Shown here: positions 25,407-36,992 of the stretch, piece by piece | Position numbering within the stretch: the first letter of the stretch is position 1 | How the letters are laid out: the number at the start of each line of letters is the position of its first letter | Source of the DNA: Acidimicrobiaceae bacterium | GTDB lineage: Bacteria > Actinomycetota > Acidimicrobiia > Acidimicrobiales > Ilumatobacteraceae | Assembly: GCA_947463235.1 (NCBI GenBank) | Contig: CANHST010000001.1 | Span: 1 to 56,264, forward strand | Direction: 5' to 3' | Length of the DNA: 56,264 nt | Program-made: the position numbers and the translations under genes | The notes under the pieces: model-generated | What the model saw: the letters and a program-made list of their open reading frames with translations, nothing else | Told to the model about the DNA's origin: nothing | Database searches by the model: none

Positions 25407-27310
25407 AGGATTCCTCGCACGATGACGAACCAGGCGAGGAGGAGCACGACGCCCACCCCCACCGCTGCGGCGTAGTTACGCACGTTGCCGGTCTGCACTT
25501 TTCGGGCTTCGCCAGCCGTGCCCTGCACCAAGTGCGCCGTACCGTTCACTGCACCATCGATGATGTGCGAATCGGCCCAGGTGACGCCCTCGAAAGCCTT
25601 GCGGCCCGGGCCACCCATGAAGTTGCTGACCGCACGGTCGTAACCCCAGGCATCGGCGAGGATCTTGGGCTCCACCGGCTTGAGCTTCTTGAAGTAGTAC
25701 ACCGCAAACGCCACACCGATGCCGATGAGGCCCATCGCGATGGCCATCAACGCCAGCGGCAACTTGGCGGTGTCGGAGTGGTGCAGACCGACCACCGGCT
25801 CGAGCCATTGCGTCAGCTTCTCGGTGGACTCGCTGAACGGCAGGTTGATGAACCCGCCGGCGAACGACAGCACTGCGAGCACCACGAGCGGCAGCACCAT
25901 CATCCAGGGGCTTTCGTGGGGGTCATGGCCTTCGGCGTGAAGATCTCCGTGCGCACCGTGCTCTTCATGCGCGTCGTGCCAACGAGCCTCGCCGTAGAAC
26001 ACCATGATCACCTGGCGGGTCATGTAGAAGGCGGTGAGCAGCGCCGTGACGAGACCCACCACCCAGAGAATGGGGCTCTTGTCGTAGGCGGCCAACAGGA
26101 TGTCGTCCTTGCTCCAGAAACCCGAGAACGGCGGCACACCGGCGATGGCCAACCAGCCGACGATGAACGTGCCGAAGGTGAGCGGCATGAACTTGCGCAG
26201 CGCTCCCATGCGACGCATGTCTTGCTCGTGATGCATGCCGTGAATCACCGAGCCGCTGCCGAGGAACAGCAGTGCCTTGAAGAAGGCGTGGGTGACCATG
26301 TGGAAGATCGCTGCGGTATACGCACCGGACCCGACCGCGAGGAACATGAAGCCGAGCTGGCTGACCGTGGAGTACGCCAGCACCTTCTTGATGTCGTTCT
26401 GCGACACCGCCACCGTGGCGGCATAGAGCGCCGTGGCAGCACCGACGATCGCGATGATCGTGGGCGCATACGACGATGCCACGTTCAGCACCGGGCTGAT
26501 GCGGCACATCAGGTACACGCCGGCCGTCACCATGGTGGCTGCGTGGATGAGCGCCGACACCGGGGTGGGGCCTTCCATGGCGTCGGGCAACCAAAGGTAC
26601 AGCGGCAACTGCGCGCTCTTGCCGCATGCACCGACGAAGGCGAAGAGGGCGATGGCCGTGGCTGTGGTGGCCGACAGCGACCCCGCCGCCTCATTGATGT
26701 GCAGATAGTCGAGCGAACCCACGGCCCAGAAGGCGAAGAACATCGCCATCATGAATCCCCAGTCGCCAACTCGGTTGGTGACGAACGCCTTCTTGCCAGC
26801 GGTGGCAGCGCTGTCCTTCTCGTGCCAGAAGCTGATGAGGAAGTAGGAGCAGGTGCCCACGCCCTCCCAACCGAGGAACGTGACGAGCATGTTCGAGCCC
26901 AGCACGAGCATGAGCATGCTGAACGCGAACAGGTTCAGATAGAGGAAGAACTTGCTGAAGCGACTGTCGCCATGCATGTAGCCGACCGCATAGAGATGGA
27001 TCAGCGCACCGATACCTGTGACGAACAGGCACATGGTGATGCTGAGCGGATCGGCCAGGAATGCGAGGTCGATGTGCAGGCCACCGACGGCGACCCACGA
27101 GAACAGCGTGTGCACCTGTTCGGCACGGGCCTCGGGTGACAGCGACTGCAGGTCGAGGAACACGCCAACGCTGACCACAAAGGACAGCGCCACCATCGCA
27201 GCGGCGAAGTAGCCCGCCACAGGGTCGCCGAGCTTGCGCCCGAACAGCAGGATCACCAGGAACCCGAGCAACGGGAACGCGGGGATCAACCAGACGACGT
27301 CGAGCATCAC
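25403..27310 (-). CDS. nuoL: NADH-quinone oxidoreductase subunit L
   Basis: 635 aa with LYLWLPDAMEGPTPVSALIHAATMV and a HDPHESP motif before the C-terminal lateral-helix region. Confidence 0.93.
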   Translation of the reverse strand: MMLDVVWLIPAFPLLGFLVILLFGRKLGDPVAGYFAAAMVALSFVVSVGVFLDLQSLSPEARAEQVHTLFSWVAVGGLHIDLAFLADPLSITMCLFVTGIGALIHLYAVGYMHGDSRFSKFFLYLNLFAFSMLMLVLGSNMLVTFLGWEGVGTCSYFLISFWHEKDSAATAGKKAFVTNRVGDWGFMMAMFFAFWAVGSLDYLHINEAAGSLSATTATAIALFAFVGACGKSAQLPLYLWLPDAMEGPTPVSALIHAATMVTAGVYLMCRISPVLNVASSYAPTIIAIVGAATALYAATVAVSQNDIKKVLAYSTVSQLGFMFLAVGSGAYTAAIFHMVTHAFFKALLFLGSGSVIHGMHHEQDMRRMGALRKFMPLTFGTFIVGWLAIAGVPPFSGFWSKDDILLAAYDKSPILWVVGLVTALLTAFYMTRQVIMVFYGEARWHDAHEEHGAHGDLHAEGHDPHESPWMMVLPLVVLAVLSFAGGFINLPFSESTEKLTQWLEPVVGLHHSDTAKLPLALMAIAMGLIGIGVAFAVYYFKKLKPVEPKILADAWGYDRAVSNFMGGPGRKAFEGVTWADSHIIDGAVNGTAHLVQGTAGEARKVQTGNVRNYAAAVGVGVVLLLAWFVIVRGIL

Positions 27311-27311
27311 A

Positions 27312-27629
27312 TCAACCCTTCAACTCGGCGAGATCGTCGGTGGTGGCATTGGGGCGGCGGCGCAGGATGGCCACGATGATGCCGAGACCAACCACCACTT
27401 CGGCGGCTGCCACGACCATCACGAAGAACACGGTGGTCTGCCCACCGATGTCGCCCAGCTTCCGGGCCATGGCCACGAACGTGAGGTTCACGGCGTTGAG
27501 CATCAGCTCCACACACATGAACAGCACCAGCGGGTTGCGGCGCACCATCACGCCGACCATGCCGATGGAGAACAGCGCCGCAGCGAGAATGAGGTACCAC
27601 GTCGTGGTGGGATGGAGGGAAGCGATCAT
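27312..27629 (-). CDS. nuoK: NADH-quinone oxidoreductase subunit K
   Basis: 105 aa with three TM helices and [11 protein letters not shown]. Confidence 0.92.
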   Translation of the reverse strand: MIASLHPTTTWYLILAAALFSIGMVGVMVRRNPLVLFMCVELMLNAVNLTFVAMARKLGDIGGQTTVFFVMVVAAAEVVVGLGIIVAILRRRPNATTDDLAELKG

Positions 27630-28192
27630 CAGGATTCACTCCCCTGCAACTCACCCTTGCGCGGCTTGCGCGCCAGCATCACGGTGCCGACCACGGCGAT
27701 CACCAGCAGCACCGACGTGAGTTCGAACGCCAACACGTGCGAGCTGAACAGATCGCGAGCGAGCGCCTTGATGTTGCCGTCGTGCAGTTGGCCACCACCG
27801 GGTGCCGCAACCTCGAGGCCCGTGCCGGCAACTGCGGTGCGGGCGTCGCGCGACACCACCACCGCAGCCACCACCAAACCGAACACGCCGACACCCACTG
27901 CAGCAGCGATGGGTCGCTGCACCTTGAACGGCTCGAGGCGCAGGTTCTCGGCGCGATCAACGCCGAGCAGCATGATGACGAACAGGAAGAGCACCACGAT
28001 CGCGCCGGCGTAGACGATCACCTGCACGGCCGCCAAGAAGTTCGCCTGCTGCGCCACGAACAGCACGGCCACACCGAACAGGGTGAGGATGAGGCTGAGT
28101 GCTGCATGCACCGGGTGCTTGCTGACGATCACACCGATGGCACCACCGAGCACCATGGCCGCCGCCACGACGAAGACGAAGAGCTCCATCAT
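27629..28192 (-). CDS. nuoJ: NADH-quinone oxidoreductase subunit J
   Basis: 187 aa with [20 protein letters not shown] and [19 protein letters not shown]. Confidence 0.92.
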   Translation of the reverse strand: MMELFVFVVAAAMVLGGAIGVIVSKHPVHAALSLILTLFGVAVLFVAQQANFLAAVQVIVYAGAIVVLFLFVIMLLGVDRAENLRLEPFKVQRPIAAAVGVGVFGLVVAAVVVSRDARTAVAGTGLEVAAPGGGQLHDGNIKALARDLFSSHVLAFELTSVLLVIAVVGTVMLARKPRKGELQGSES

Positions 28193-28881
28193 CGTGTCAC
28201 CGACTTCACGGTCTTCTCCACCTTGTCGGCCTTCGGGGTGTCGGCTTCGGTCTGCGTTGCCTCGGCGGCGCGCACGCCGTAGCCGAGTTCGCTACTCCAA
28301 CCAACTGCGCCAACGAAGTCGGCGTCGCCAGCCGCAGCGGTGGCCCGCATCCAGCCGCTGGTGAACACGTCTTCGCCTTCGCGCCAGTCTTCCCACGGTA
28401 GTTGCTTGGGCTTGCCGTCGTCGCCGACGAGCAGTTCGGCCTTGCTGTACACAGCGTCGCGTCGGTTGGTGAAACTGAACTCGAAGAGCTTGCTCTCGGT
28501 GATGGCTTCGGTGGGGCAGGCCTCCACGCAGAGGTCGCAGTGGATGCAGCGCAAGTAGTTGATCTCGTAGACGAAACCGAAGCGCTCGCCGGGCGAGGTG
28601 GGTTCCTGCGGGTCGTTGTCGGCGCCGCGCACATAGATGCACTTGGCAGGGCACACACCGGCGCAGAGCTCACAACCGATGCACTTCTCCATGCCGTCCT
28701 CGTAGCGGTTGAGGACGTGACGGCCGTGCATCCGTTCGGGCTTGGCGATCTTCTCGTCGCGCCCTTCGGTCTTCTTGCCCTTCTTGGCAACGCGTCCGCC
28801 GCTGTACGGCGTGGTGACACGTTCGCCACCGAAGATGCGGTGCTGCTTCAGCGTGACGAGGAATCCGTCGAGGTATCCCAT
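28189..28881 (-). CDS. nuoI: NADH-quinone oxidoreductase subunit I (2x[4Fe-4S]; extended termini)
   Basis: 230 aa with [12 protein letters not shown] and [12 protein letters not shown]. Carries a Lys-rich N-terminal insert and a C-terminal tail of about 50 aa. Confidence 0.92.
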   Translation of the reverse strand: MGYLDGFLVTLKQHRIFGGERVTTPYSGGRVAKKGKKTEGRDEKIAKPERMHGRHVLNRYEDGMEKCIGCELCAGVCPAKCIYVRGADNDPQEPTSPGERFGFVYEINYLRCIHCDLCVEACPTEAITESKLFEFSFTNRRDAVYSKAELLVGDDGKPKQLPWEDWREGEDVFTSGWMRATAAAGDADFVGAVGWSSELGYGVRAAEATQTEADTPKADKVEKTVKSVTR

Positions 28882-30098
28882 CAGAACATCGCCCCCTCTC
28901 GGTCGCGGTTACGGGCACTCACCTTGGTGGCATACGACAGCAGCCAGGCTGCAGCGCCCAACACCACCAGGCAGATGACACCGACGAGTGCTCGGTTCCA
29001 GTTGTTGTCCTGCCCGACGCGGAACGCAGCCAGCAGCATGAACCAACCCAGCGCGAGCGGGATCATCAGCTTCCAGCCGAGGTTCATGAGTTGGTCGTAG
29101 CGCAGACGAGGCAGCGTGGCACGGAACCACACGTACATGTACAGGAAGACGAGCACCTTCAGCAGGAAGAGCACGGTGCCGGCAAACGGCCCAAGGAATC
29201 CAAGCGTGATGTTGACGCCGCTGAATCGAATGGGCTGCGGCCCACCGAAGAACAACGTCACGATGACGCCGCTCATGGTGATCGTGTTCATGAACTCGGC
29301 GAGATAGAAGAGCGCGAATCGGATGCTGGAGTACTCGGTGTTGAAGCCACCCACCAGTTCCTGCTCGGCCTCGACCAGGTCGAACGGCGGTCGGTTCAGT
29401 TCGGCAGTAGCGGCGATGAGGAAGATCACGAACGGCACCACACCGGTGGCCACCACGTGCCAGCGGCTGAGGCTGCTCTGAGCGACCACGATGCCGTTGG
29501 TGCTCAGCGTGCCTGCCACCAAGATCACCGTGGCCAGAGCGAGACCGAGCGCTGCTTCGTAGCTGACCATCTGCGCCGATGCTCGGACCGAACCCAGCAG
29601 CGGGTACTTCGAACCCGAACTCCAGCCGGCGAGCATGATGCCGTAGATGGCGATGCTGCTCAGCGCCAGCAGCAACAGGACACCGATCGGAGGATCGGCC
29701 AACTGCAACTTCGTGGCATGACCCAGGATCATCACCGTGCCGTCCTTGCCATTGCTGAAGTCGCCACCCAACGGGATGACGCTCCAGACCAGGAAGGCCG
29801 GCACGAAGGCCAGATACGGGGCAAGGATGAACACGAACCGGTCGCTGCGATCCGGGATGAGGTCTTCCTTGAAGAACAGCTTGATGCCGTCGGCCAGCGT
29901 CTGCAGCAAACCCTTCGGCCCGGCCTTATCGGGGCCGATGCGGTTCTGCATGTAGGAGATGACCTTGCGTTCGAACCACACCATGAGCATGGTGCCCACG
30001 AGGCCGACGACGAAGACCACGAGCACCTTGATGATGACGATCAGGAACTCCGTGCTCCAGAGCTTGATGTGATCGAGGAGTTGGTCGAGCGCGAGCAT
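28881..30098 (-). CDS. nuoH: NADH-quinone oxidoreductase subunit H
   Basis: 405 aa with [27 protein letters not shown]. Confidence 0.93.
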   Translation of the reverse strand: MLALDQLLDHIKLWSTEFLIVIIKVLVVFVVGLVGTMLMVWFERKVISYMQNRIGPDKAGPKGLLQTLADGIKLFFKEDLIPDRSDRFVFILAPYLAFVPAFLVWSVIPLGGDFSNGKDGTVMILGHATKLQLADPPIGVLLLLALSSIAIYGIMLAGWSSGSKYPLLGSVRASAQMVSYEAALGLALATVILVAGTLSTNGIVVAQSSLSRWHVVATGVVPFVIFLIAATAELNRPPFDLVEAEQELVGGFNTEYSSIRFALFYLAEFMNTITMSGVIVTLFFGGPQPIRFSGVNITLGFLGPFAGTVLFLLKVLVFLYMYVWFRATLPRLRYDQLMNLGWKLMIPLALGWFMLLAAFRVGQDNNWNRALVGVICLVVLGAAAWLLSYATKVSARNRDREGAMF

Positions 30099-32497
30099 CA
30101 GATGGTCTCGATTCGCACGTCGTTCACCGGCGCAAAGCAGTCGATGAGTTCACCCACGTTGGGGCCGGCCTGATTGAACGGCACCCATGCGGTGCCACGC
30201 AGCACGGTGTCGTCGGCAACAACACGGAACACCACGCTGGTGCGAGTGCCGGACACCTTCACCTCGCTGCCGGCGCTGGTACCCACACGCTCGAGGTCGA
30301 GTGGATGGAGATGCACCGTGGCACCTGGTGCCAGATGCGCCAACGACGGTGACTGAGCGGTCGAGACGGCCTTGTCGTACAGCACGCGGCTGACCACGAG
30401 GCGGTACTCGTAGGCGTTGCGTTCCGGCACCGCGGGCAACGGAATCTCCACTGCGTCGAGGTCGGTGGGGGCGCCAGCGAGCACACCATCGCCAGCCGCC
30501 GATGCGGAGGTGACCTCTTCGTAGCCCGACACGTTCTCCGCGATTGCGGCGGTGATGTCGGCGACCGAGGAGTAACCCAGATCGGTTCCCAACTCCAGCG
30601 CCAACTCAGCTGCGATCATCCAGTCGGCTCGGGTGGAGCCCGACGGGGTGACTTCACGGGCGAGCGCCGTGACGCGACCTTCGAGGTTCGTGTGCGTGCC
30701 GGACTTTTCTGCGTAGGCACTGGCGGCCAGCACTACGTTCGCGTGCTGCGATGAACCCGTGAGGAACGTGTCGACCGCAATGATGCGCGGCACGGCCTTC
30801 AGTGCACGGCGGGCCAGGTTGGTGTCGGGGAAGTCGGCCAACGGGTCGGCACCCAACAGCACGAGGCACTCGATCTTGCCGTCGGCGGCTGCCTGCAACA
30901 TGCCGCGAGTGTCGAGGCCACCGGTGCCAGCACGCATGCCCACGCGGAGTGCGCCGACCACGTTGCCACGACGGAACGCCGTGAGCACCTTGGCACCGGG
31001 CACTGCAGCGCGAACTTCGTTCAACGCTGCGATCGTGGCCGCCGACGACTCTGCGAGGTTTGCACGACCCACCACGATGACGACGTTGCCCTTGGCGAGC
31101 TGAGCAGCGACATCGGCGTCGGACAAGGTTGCGGCCACTGCAGCCGCTTGCGTGCCCGGCTCGTAGGCCACATGACGCCATGCGTACGACGTGAGGCCGG
31201 TCTGCTTCGGAGCGAACTCGATGATGCGGCTGCGACGCTTGGCGGCTGCATCACGCAGACGCAGGTACAGCACCGGCAACTCTTCTTTGAGGTCCGGTCC
31301 GAGCAACACGATGGTGGCAGCGTTCGCAGCCTCATCGATGGTGGCGGGCGACTCGGCCAGCAGACCGTTCGGCAGGCCATCACCCATCTGGGCGTACACG
31401 TTCGGCGTACCGATGACGTCGTGGCCGAGACGGGCCCACGCATGGGCATCTTCGTTCGTGCCGCGGGCGCCACCGATGATGCCGACGCTGCTCGGACCAC
31501 CCGCGGCCAGCGCCTCGGTGATGAGCGCAGCCGCTTCGGCCATTGCGGCGTTCCAAGTGACCGGCTGGAACTCGTCGCCGGAGCGGACGAGAGGCTGCAG
31601 CACGCGCTGATCGCTCTTCACGCTCTCGAAGTTGAAACGACCGCGGTCGCACAGCCAACCGTGGTTCACAGGGTCGCTGTCCACGCCCATGTAGCGCAGC
31701 AGTTCGTCGCGGCTGCTCTGCACCACGGTGCGACAACCAACGGAGCACGATGTGCAGGTGCTTTCCTGTTGCGAGAGGTCCCACGGGCGGGCCTTGAAGC
31801 GGTACGGCTGCGCCGTGAGCGCGCCCACCGGGCAGATCTGCACCGTGTTGCCGCTGAAGTAGCTGGCGAAGGGCTCGTCGGGGAACGTGGTGATGTGCGT
31901 GTTGTTGCCGCGGCTGTTGAAGTGGATCAGCGCATCGCCGGCCACCTCATCGGCGAAGCGGGTGCACCGATCGCAGAGAATGCAGCGCTCACGGTCGAGC
32001 AGCACCAGATCGCTGATGGCGATCGGCTTCTCGTAGTGACGCTTCTCCTCCAGCATCCGGCTCTCGCCGGGGCCATGGCTGAACGCTTGGTCCTGCAGCG
32101 GGCACTCGCCGCCCTTGTCGCAGACCGGGCAGTCGAGCGGGTGGTTGGCAAGCAGCAGCTCGAGGATGCCCTCCTGCATGCGCTTGGTGGTGGGCGACTC
32201 GGTGTCGACCTTCATGTCGGGCGACACCGGCACCATGCAGCTCACCGTGACAGCGGGCCCGCGGCCGGAATCGGCTTCGACCAGACACATACGGCACTTG
32301 CCCACCGGCGTCATGCGCTCGTGGTAACAGAACCGCGGGATGTACTCGCCGGCGTCGGCGGCTGCATCGATGAGCAATTGACCCTTGCGTGCCGTGTGCG
32401 GACGGCCGTTGATGGTGATCTGCACCGCGTTGGGGTCGGGCGGCGGTGCCTCGGCCTCGGTGGCCGGATTCGCGGCCGAGGGCTCAGTGGTGGTCAT
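30098..32497 (-). CDS. nuoG: NADH-quinone oxidoreductase subunit G
   Basis: Start trimmed to ATG 32495-32497 (MTTTEPSAAN). Has a 2Fe-2S/4Fe-4S N-terminal region (CYHERMTPVGKCRMCLVE, HPLDCPVCDKGGECPLQD, CILCDRCTRF) and a molybdopterin-like C-terminal part. Confidence 0.92.
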   Translation of the reverse strand: MTTTEPSAANPATEAEAPPPDPNAVQITINGRPHTARKGQLLIDAAADAGEYIPRFCYHERMTPVGKCRMCLVEADSGRGPAVTVSCMVPVSPDMKVDTESPTTKRMQEGILELLLANHPLDCPVCDKGGECPLQDQAFSHGPGESRMLEEKRHYEKPIAISDLVLLDRERCILCDRCTRFADEVAGDALIHFNSRGNNTHITTFPDEPFASYFSGNTVQICPVGALTAQPYRFKARPWDLSQQESTCTSCSVGCRTVVQSSRDELLRYMGVDSDPVNHGWLCDRGRFNFESVKSDQRVLQPLVRSGDEFQPVTWNAAMAEAAALITEALAAGGPSSVGIIGGARGTNEDAHAWARLGHDVIGTPNVYAQMGDGLPNGLLAESPATIDEAANAATIVLLGPDLKEELPVLYLRLRDAAAKRRSRIIEFAPKQTGLTSYAWRHVAYEPGTQAAAVAATLSDADVAAQLAKGNVVIVVGRANLAESSAATIAALNEVRAAVPGAKVLTAFRRGNVVGALRVGMRAGTGGLDTRGMLQAAADGKIECLVLLGADPLADFPDTNLARRALKAVPRIIAVDTFLTGSSQHANVVLAASAYAEKSGTHTNLEGRVTALAREVTPSGSTRADWMIAAELALELGTDLGYSSVADITAAIAENVSGYEEVTSASAAGDGVLAGAPTDLDAVEIPLPAVPERNAYEYRLVVSRVLYDKAVSTAQSPSLAHLAPGATVHLHPLDLERVGTSAGSEVKVSGTRTSVVFRVVADDTVLRGTAWVPFNQAGPNVGELIDCFAPVNDVRIETI

Positions 32498-33890
32498 CGA
32501 CAACTCCGACGCTGACAGGGATGTGCTTGCGTTCCACGATCTTGGCTTCGAACTCGTCGCGGAACAGCGTGAGTGCGGAGTGGACCGGGGCAAAGGCCGA
32601 CGGACCGACGAAACAGATGGTGGTCATCTTGTAGGGGAAGGGCGTGGCGTCGAGGCCGAGCTTCGAGCTGGACGCATGAGGGAAGTTGCCCGGGCAGATG
32701 GACTCGCCGATCTCGAACATCTGGTCGAGGTCGGCGCGGGTTCCACGGCCGTCGACGACTCGCTGCAGCACTCGCTCGAGCCAGGTACCGCCTTCGCGAC
32801 ACGGCGTGCACTGACCGCAGCTCTCCGCCGCGTAGAAGTGCGTCAGCGTGAGGGCAGCCTTCGGGATGTCGGTGGTGTGGTCCATCACCATGATGGCGCC
32901 GGAGCCCAACATCGAGCCGGCGGCACCGACGAGGCGACCTTCGAAGGGAAGGTCGAGTTGCTCGGGCGTGAACCACGGGGCCGAACCGCCGCCGGGCACG
33001 AACGCCTTCAGTTCGTTGCCGTTGCGGATCCCCTGGCAGAACTCCTCGCCGTAGAACAGGTCGCGGAATGTCGTGGTGCCGTTGATGATTTCGTACACGC
33101 CGGGGCGATTCACGTGGCCGCTGACGGCCACCATGCGCGTACCGGGCGATGTTGCAGTGCCGATGGCGGTGTAGGCAGCCGCGCCGTTGATGGCCAACCA
33201 CGGCAGGTTCGACAGCGTCTCGACGTTGTTCACGATGGTGGGCTGACCGTACAGGCCGATGGCGGCCGGGAAGAACGGGGGCTTCAGGCGCGGCTCGCCA
33301 CGCTTGCCTTCGAGGCTCTCGATCAGCGCTGTCTCTTCGCCGACCACATAGGCACCGGCTCCCCAGTGCAGCACGATGTCGACGCTGAACTTGGTGCCGA
33401 GGATGTTCTTACCGATGTAGCCGGCGGCGTACGCCTCGTTGAGCGCATTGGTGACTCGCTCGTGCGCCAGGGGCATCTCGCCACGGATGTAGAGAAACAC
33501 CTGCGACAGGCCTGCGGCGTACGCAGCGATGAGACAACCCTCCACCAACTGGTGCGGGTCGCGCTCCATGAGCAGACGATCCTTGTAGGTACCGGGCTCG
33601 CTCTCGTCGCCGTTCACCACGAGATAGCGCGGGAACTTGCCGGCGGGCATGAGGCCCCACTTCGTTCCTGCGGGGAAGCCAGCGCCACCACGACCGAGGA
33701 CGGTGGCCGTCTTCACTTCGTCGTGGACCTCGGTGGGCGACTTCTTCAGCACGGCCTTGAGGCCGTCGTAGCCGCCGGTGGCGTGATAGCGCTCGAGCGT
33801 GTAGCCGTCCTCGAGATGGAAGCGTGAGGTGACCACCTTCGGACGATCGCCATCGTCGATGTAACCGGCCGCCCAGGGATAGGTGCTCAT
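32484..33890 (-). CDS. nuoF: NADH-quinone oxidoreductase subunit F (FMN/NADH site)
   Basis: Start at ATG 33888-33890, an ATGA overlap with the nuoE stop. Motifs GRGGAGFPAGTKW, GEETALIESLEG and ESCGQCTPCREG. Confidence 0.92.
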   Translation of the reverse strand: MSTYPWAAGYIDDGDRPKVVTSRFHLEDGYTLERYHATGGYDGLKAVLKKSPTEVHDEVKTATVLGRGGAGFPAGTKWGLMPAGKFPRYLVVNGDESEPGTYKDRLLMERDPHQLVEGCLIAAYAAGLSQVFLYIRGEMPLAHERVTNALNEAYAAGYIGKNILGTKFSVDIVLHWGAGAYVVGEETALIESLEGKRGEPRLKPPFFPAAIGLYGQPTIVNNVETLSNLPWLAINGAAAYTAIGTATSPGTRMVAVSGHVNRPGVYEIINGTTTFRDLFYGEEFCQGIRNGNELKAFVPGGGSAPWFTPEQLDLPFEGRLVGAAGSMLGSGAIMVMDHTTDIPKAALTLTHFYAAESCGQCTPCREGGTWLERVLQRVVDGRGTRADLDQMFEIGESICPGNFPHASSSKLGLDATPFPYKMTTICFVGPSAFAPVHSALTLFRDEFEAKIVERKHIPVSVGVVDDHH

Positions 33891-34495
33891 TGGGCTGCCT
33901 CCGGCATCCAGGCAGGAACCACCGGGGCATCGGGCGACGCCACACCGGCGGCCTTGTCGGCGGGAATCTGCTGACGCACTCGGGCCAACGTGCCGTGCGC
34001 AGGGATCTCTCCGTCGAGGCGGCCGGCACGCAGGTCGTCGATCAACTCGTCGAAGTTCGCCGTGGTCATGCGATGGCAGTGGCGATAGTTCACCTGCATG
34101 TTGGGCGCCTCGGTACACGCTGCCTGACACTCGGCGTGTTCCAGCGTGAACATGCCATCGGAGGTGGTGCCGCCAGCCTTCACACCGAGCGTCTGCTCGG
34201 CATGGTGCATCAGTTCATCGGCACCGAGCAACTGGCAACTCATGGTTCCGCAGATGTTGACGAGGTACTTGCCCACCGGGGCCATCTTGAACATCTCGTA
34301 GAACGTGCACGTGCCCAGCACCTCGGCCGAGGTGGCGCCCACGAGTTCGGCGATATGCGCGATGGCATCGTCGGTGATGTAACCGTTCTGCTGCTGCGAC
34401 AGGTGCAGCAACGGAATGGTGGCCGAGCGAGCCCTCGGATAGCGACCGATGATCTCCTTCGCCACGAGAACGTTGGCTTCGTTCAACCGACTCAT
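33887..34495 (-). CDS. nuoE: NADH-quinone oxidoreductase subunit E (2Fe-2S)
   Basis: Start at ATG 34493-34495, an ATGA overlap with the nuoD stop. Cysteines of the thioredoxin-like 2Fe-2S fold are present (CGTMSCQ .. CQAACTEAP). Confidence 0.9.
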   Translation of the reverse strand: MSRLNEANVLVAKEIIGRYPRARSATIPLLHLSQQQNGYITDDAIAHIAELVGATSAEVLGTCTFYEMFKMAPVGKYLVNICGTMSCQLLGADELMHHAEQTLGVKAGGTTSDGMFTLEHAECQAACTEAPNMQVNYRHCHRMTTANFDELIDDLRAGRLDGEIPAHGTLARVRQQIPADKAAGVASPDAPVVPAWMPEAAQ

Positions 34496-35826
34496 CGGTC
34501 TACCTCTCCCAGGACGGGGTCGACCGATGAGATGACGGCCACGGCATCGGCCACGAGACCGCCGCGCATCATGTGCGGCAGACACTGGATGTTCACGAAC
34601 GATGGGGCCCGCACATGCATGCGGTACGGCGTGGAGGAACCGTCGCTGGCGATGTAGCAGCCGATCTCGCCTCGCGGACTTTCGATGGCCACGTACACCT
34701 CACCCTCGGGCACCTTGAAGCCCTCGGTGAAGATCTTGAAGTGGTGGATGAGCGCTTCCATGCTCTCATCGATGCGCGCACGCGGCGGCGGCGTGACCTT
34801 CTTGTTCTGGATGCGGAAGTCGCCCGAGGGCATCCGATCCAGAATCTGATGCACGATGCGGATGCTCTCGCGGATCTCGTTGAGGCGGATGGCGTAGCGG
34901 TCGAAGGCGTCGCCGTAACTGCCCACCACGACGTCGAACTCCACCTCCGGATAGCGAAGGTACGGCATGTCGCGGCGGAGATCCCACGGCACGCCGGTGC
35001 TGCGCAGGATGGGGCCGGTGGCACCAAGCGCCGTGGCTTCCTGCGCCGTGATCACACCCACACCCTGCAGACGGTCGCGCCAGATCGGCTGACCGGTCAT
35101 GAGGATGTCGTACTCCTCCAGGCGCGGGGGAATCATGTCGAGCAGGTGCAGCACGTCGTCGCGCCAGCCATCGGGCAGGTCGGCAGCCACACCGCCAGGA
35201 CGGATGAAGTTGTGGTTCATCCGCAGGCCCGTGACCTTCTGGAAGAAACGCAACACTTCCTCGCGCTCGCGCCAGCCATAGATCATCATGCTGACGGCGC
35301 CGATGTCCATGCCGTTCGTGGCAAGGAAGAGCAGGTGGCTGCTCATTCGGTTCAGTTCACTGAGCAGCATGCGCATCCAGACGGCGCGCTCGGGAATGTC
35401 GTTCTCGATGCCGAGCAACTGCTCCACCGCAAGGCTGAACACGAGTTCGTTGTTCAGCGGGCTGAGGTAGTCCATGCGGGTGACGTTCGTGCCGCCCTGC
35501 ATGTAGGTGAGTTGCTCACCGGTCTTTTCCATGCCGGTGTGCAGGTATCCGATGATGGGCTTGCAGCGCAGCACGGTCTCGCCCTGGAGCTCCAGCATCA
35601 GTCGGAGCACGCCATGGGTGCTCGGGTGCTGAGGACCCATGTTGATGATCATCGTCTGATCCTCGGAAGGATCGACGGGCAGATCGCCGAGCTTGGCGGC
35701 TTCCGCCTCGCTCATTCGCAGCACGGCGCCGACCTCGCGCAGCAGTTCGCGGGCGGTGATTTCGCTACGCGGCTTCAACCCCTGTGCGGGCTCGTTGCCG
35801 CCGCGGATGACGTCGACGATGCTCAT
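34492..35826 (-). CDS. nuoD: NADH-quinone oxidoreductase subunit D
   Basis: Start at ATG 35824-35826, an ATGA overlap with the nuoC stop. Motifs NMGPQHPSTHGVLRLML and LHTGMEK; C-terminal VISSVDPVLGEVDR. Confidence 0.92.
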   Translation of the reverse strand: MSIVDVIRGGNEPAQGLKPRSEITARELLREVGAVLRMSEAEAAKLGDLPVDPSEDQTMIINMGPQHPSTHGVLRLMLELQGETVLRCKPIIGYLHTGMEKTGEQLTYMQGGTNVTRMDYLSPLNNELVFSLAVEQLLGIENDIPERAVWMRMLLSELNRMSSHLLFLATNGMDIGAVSMMIYGWREREEVLRFFQKVTGLRMNHNFIRPGGVAADLPDGWRDDVLHLLDMIPPRLEEYDILMTGQPIWRDRLQGVGVITAQEATALGATGPILRSTGVPWDLRRDMPYLRYPEVEFDVVVGSYGDAFDRYAIRLNEIRESIRIVHQILDRMPSGDFRIQNKKVTPPPRARIDESMEALIHHFKIFTEGFKVPEGEVYVAIESPRGEIGCYIASDGSSTPYRMHVRAPSFVNIQCLPHMMRGGLVADAVAVISSVDPVLGEVDR

Positions 35827-36350
35827 GACGAGGCTCGCTTCGAGAAGTCGGCGGTGAACTGCACCGGGATACGGCTGGGATCGTCGTCCTTGCGCAGCGG
35901 GTGGCCTTCCCAATCCTCGGGCATGAGGATGCGCGTGAGGTCGGGGTGGTTGGTGAACGCGATACCGAACATGTCGAACACCTCGCGCTCCATCGCCTCG
36001 GCTCCGGGGTACAGGTCGAAGGCGCTGGCGATGCTGGCATCGGACTCCGGCACCTGCACCCGCAGACGGATGCGTTCGCGGCGCTCGATGCTGAGCAGGT
36101 TCACGACCACTTCGAACCGCTCGGCAGCGATGCCCTCAGGAAGAGCGCGACCCATGTGCAGCAGGTAGTCCACTGCGGTGAGGTCGGCGCACATGGTGAA
36201 GGTTTCGTCGAGCAAGGTGCGCAGCAACGCGATGTAGCCATCGCGCGTGGGGTGCAGCACTCGCTGGCCGCGACTGTCGCTCAGCGGCACGCCGTAGAGC
36301 ACCGTCGGCTCGGGCGCGAAGTTGGACTCGGGGGTGGTGGCCTCACTCAT
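35823..36350 (-). CDS. nuoC: NADH-quinone oxidoreductase subunit C
   Basis: 175 aa with [36 protein letters not shown]. Confidence 0.9.
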   Translation of the reverse strand: MSEATTPESNFAPEPTVLYGVPLSDSRGQRVLHPTRDGYIALLRTLLDETFTMCADLTAVDYLLHMGRALPEGIAAERFEVVVNLLSIERRERIRLRVQVPESDASIASAFDLYPGAEAMEREVFDMFGIAFTNHPDLTRILMPEDWEGHPLRKDDDPSRIPVQFTADFSKRASS

Positions 36351-36353
36351 GAG

Positions 36354-36992
36354 TTACCGGGTTCCCAGAATGACGGGCACCGGGTTGTCGCCAGCAGCGA
36401 TCTCGGTGACGTGCACGTTGGCGCCGGCACCGGTCTCCTGCCGACGACGCAGCAACTGGCCGTCCTCGATCAGTTGGTGCAGCGTCTCGATGGCGTGGAT
36501 GAGGGTCTCCGGAGTGGGAGGGCAGCCAGGGGCATACACATCGACCGGCACCACTTGGTCCACGCCCTGCACGATGGCGTAGTTGTTGAACATGCCGCCA
36601 CTGCTGGCACACACACCCATGCTGATGACCCACTTGGGTTCCATCATCTGGTCGTACACCTGGCGCAGCACCGGGGCCATCTTCTGGCTCACACGGCCGG
36701 CCACGATCATGATGTCGGCCTGTCGCGGCGAGGCGCGGAAGACCTCCATGCCGAAGCGACTGAGGTCGTAATGAGCTGCGCCCGTGGCCATCATCTCGAT
36801 TGCACAGCAGGCGAGACCGAACGATGCAGGCCAGGAACTGCGGCTGCGAGCCCAGTTCACCAGATCCTCGAGCTTGGCGGTGATGGCGTTGTGCTCGATG
36901 CCACCCATACCGTCGTCGAGAATGCCCTGCACGAAACTTCTGCCGGTGGCCGGCGTTGCGTCGACCGTTGCGTCGTGGTTCATCGCGCTCAC
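36354..36992 (-). CDS. nuoB: NADH-quinone oxidoreductase subunit B
   Basis: 212 aa with [18 protein letters not shown] and APGCPPTPE. Confidence 0.92.
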   Translation of the reverse strand: MSAMNHDATVDATPATGRSFVQGILDDGMGGIEHNAITAKLEDLVNWARSRSSWPASFGLACCAIEMMATGAAHYDLSRFGMEVFRASPRQADIMIVAGRVSQKMAPVLRQVYDQMMEPKWVISMGVCASSGGMFNNYAIVQGVDQVVPVDVYAPGCPPTPETLIHAIETLHQLIEDGQLLRRRQETGAGANVHVTEIAAGDNPVPVILGTR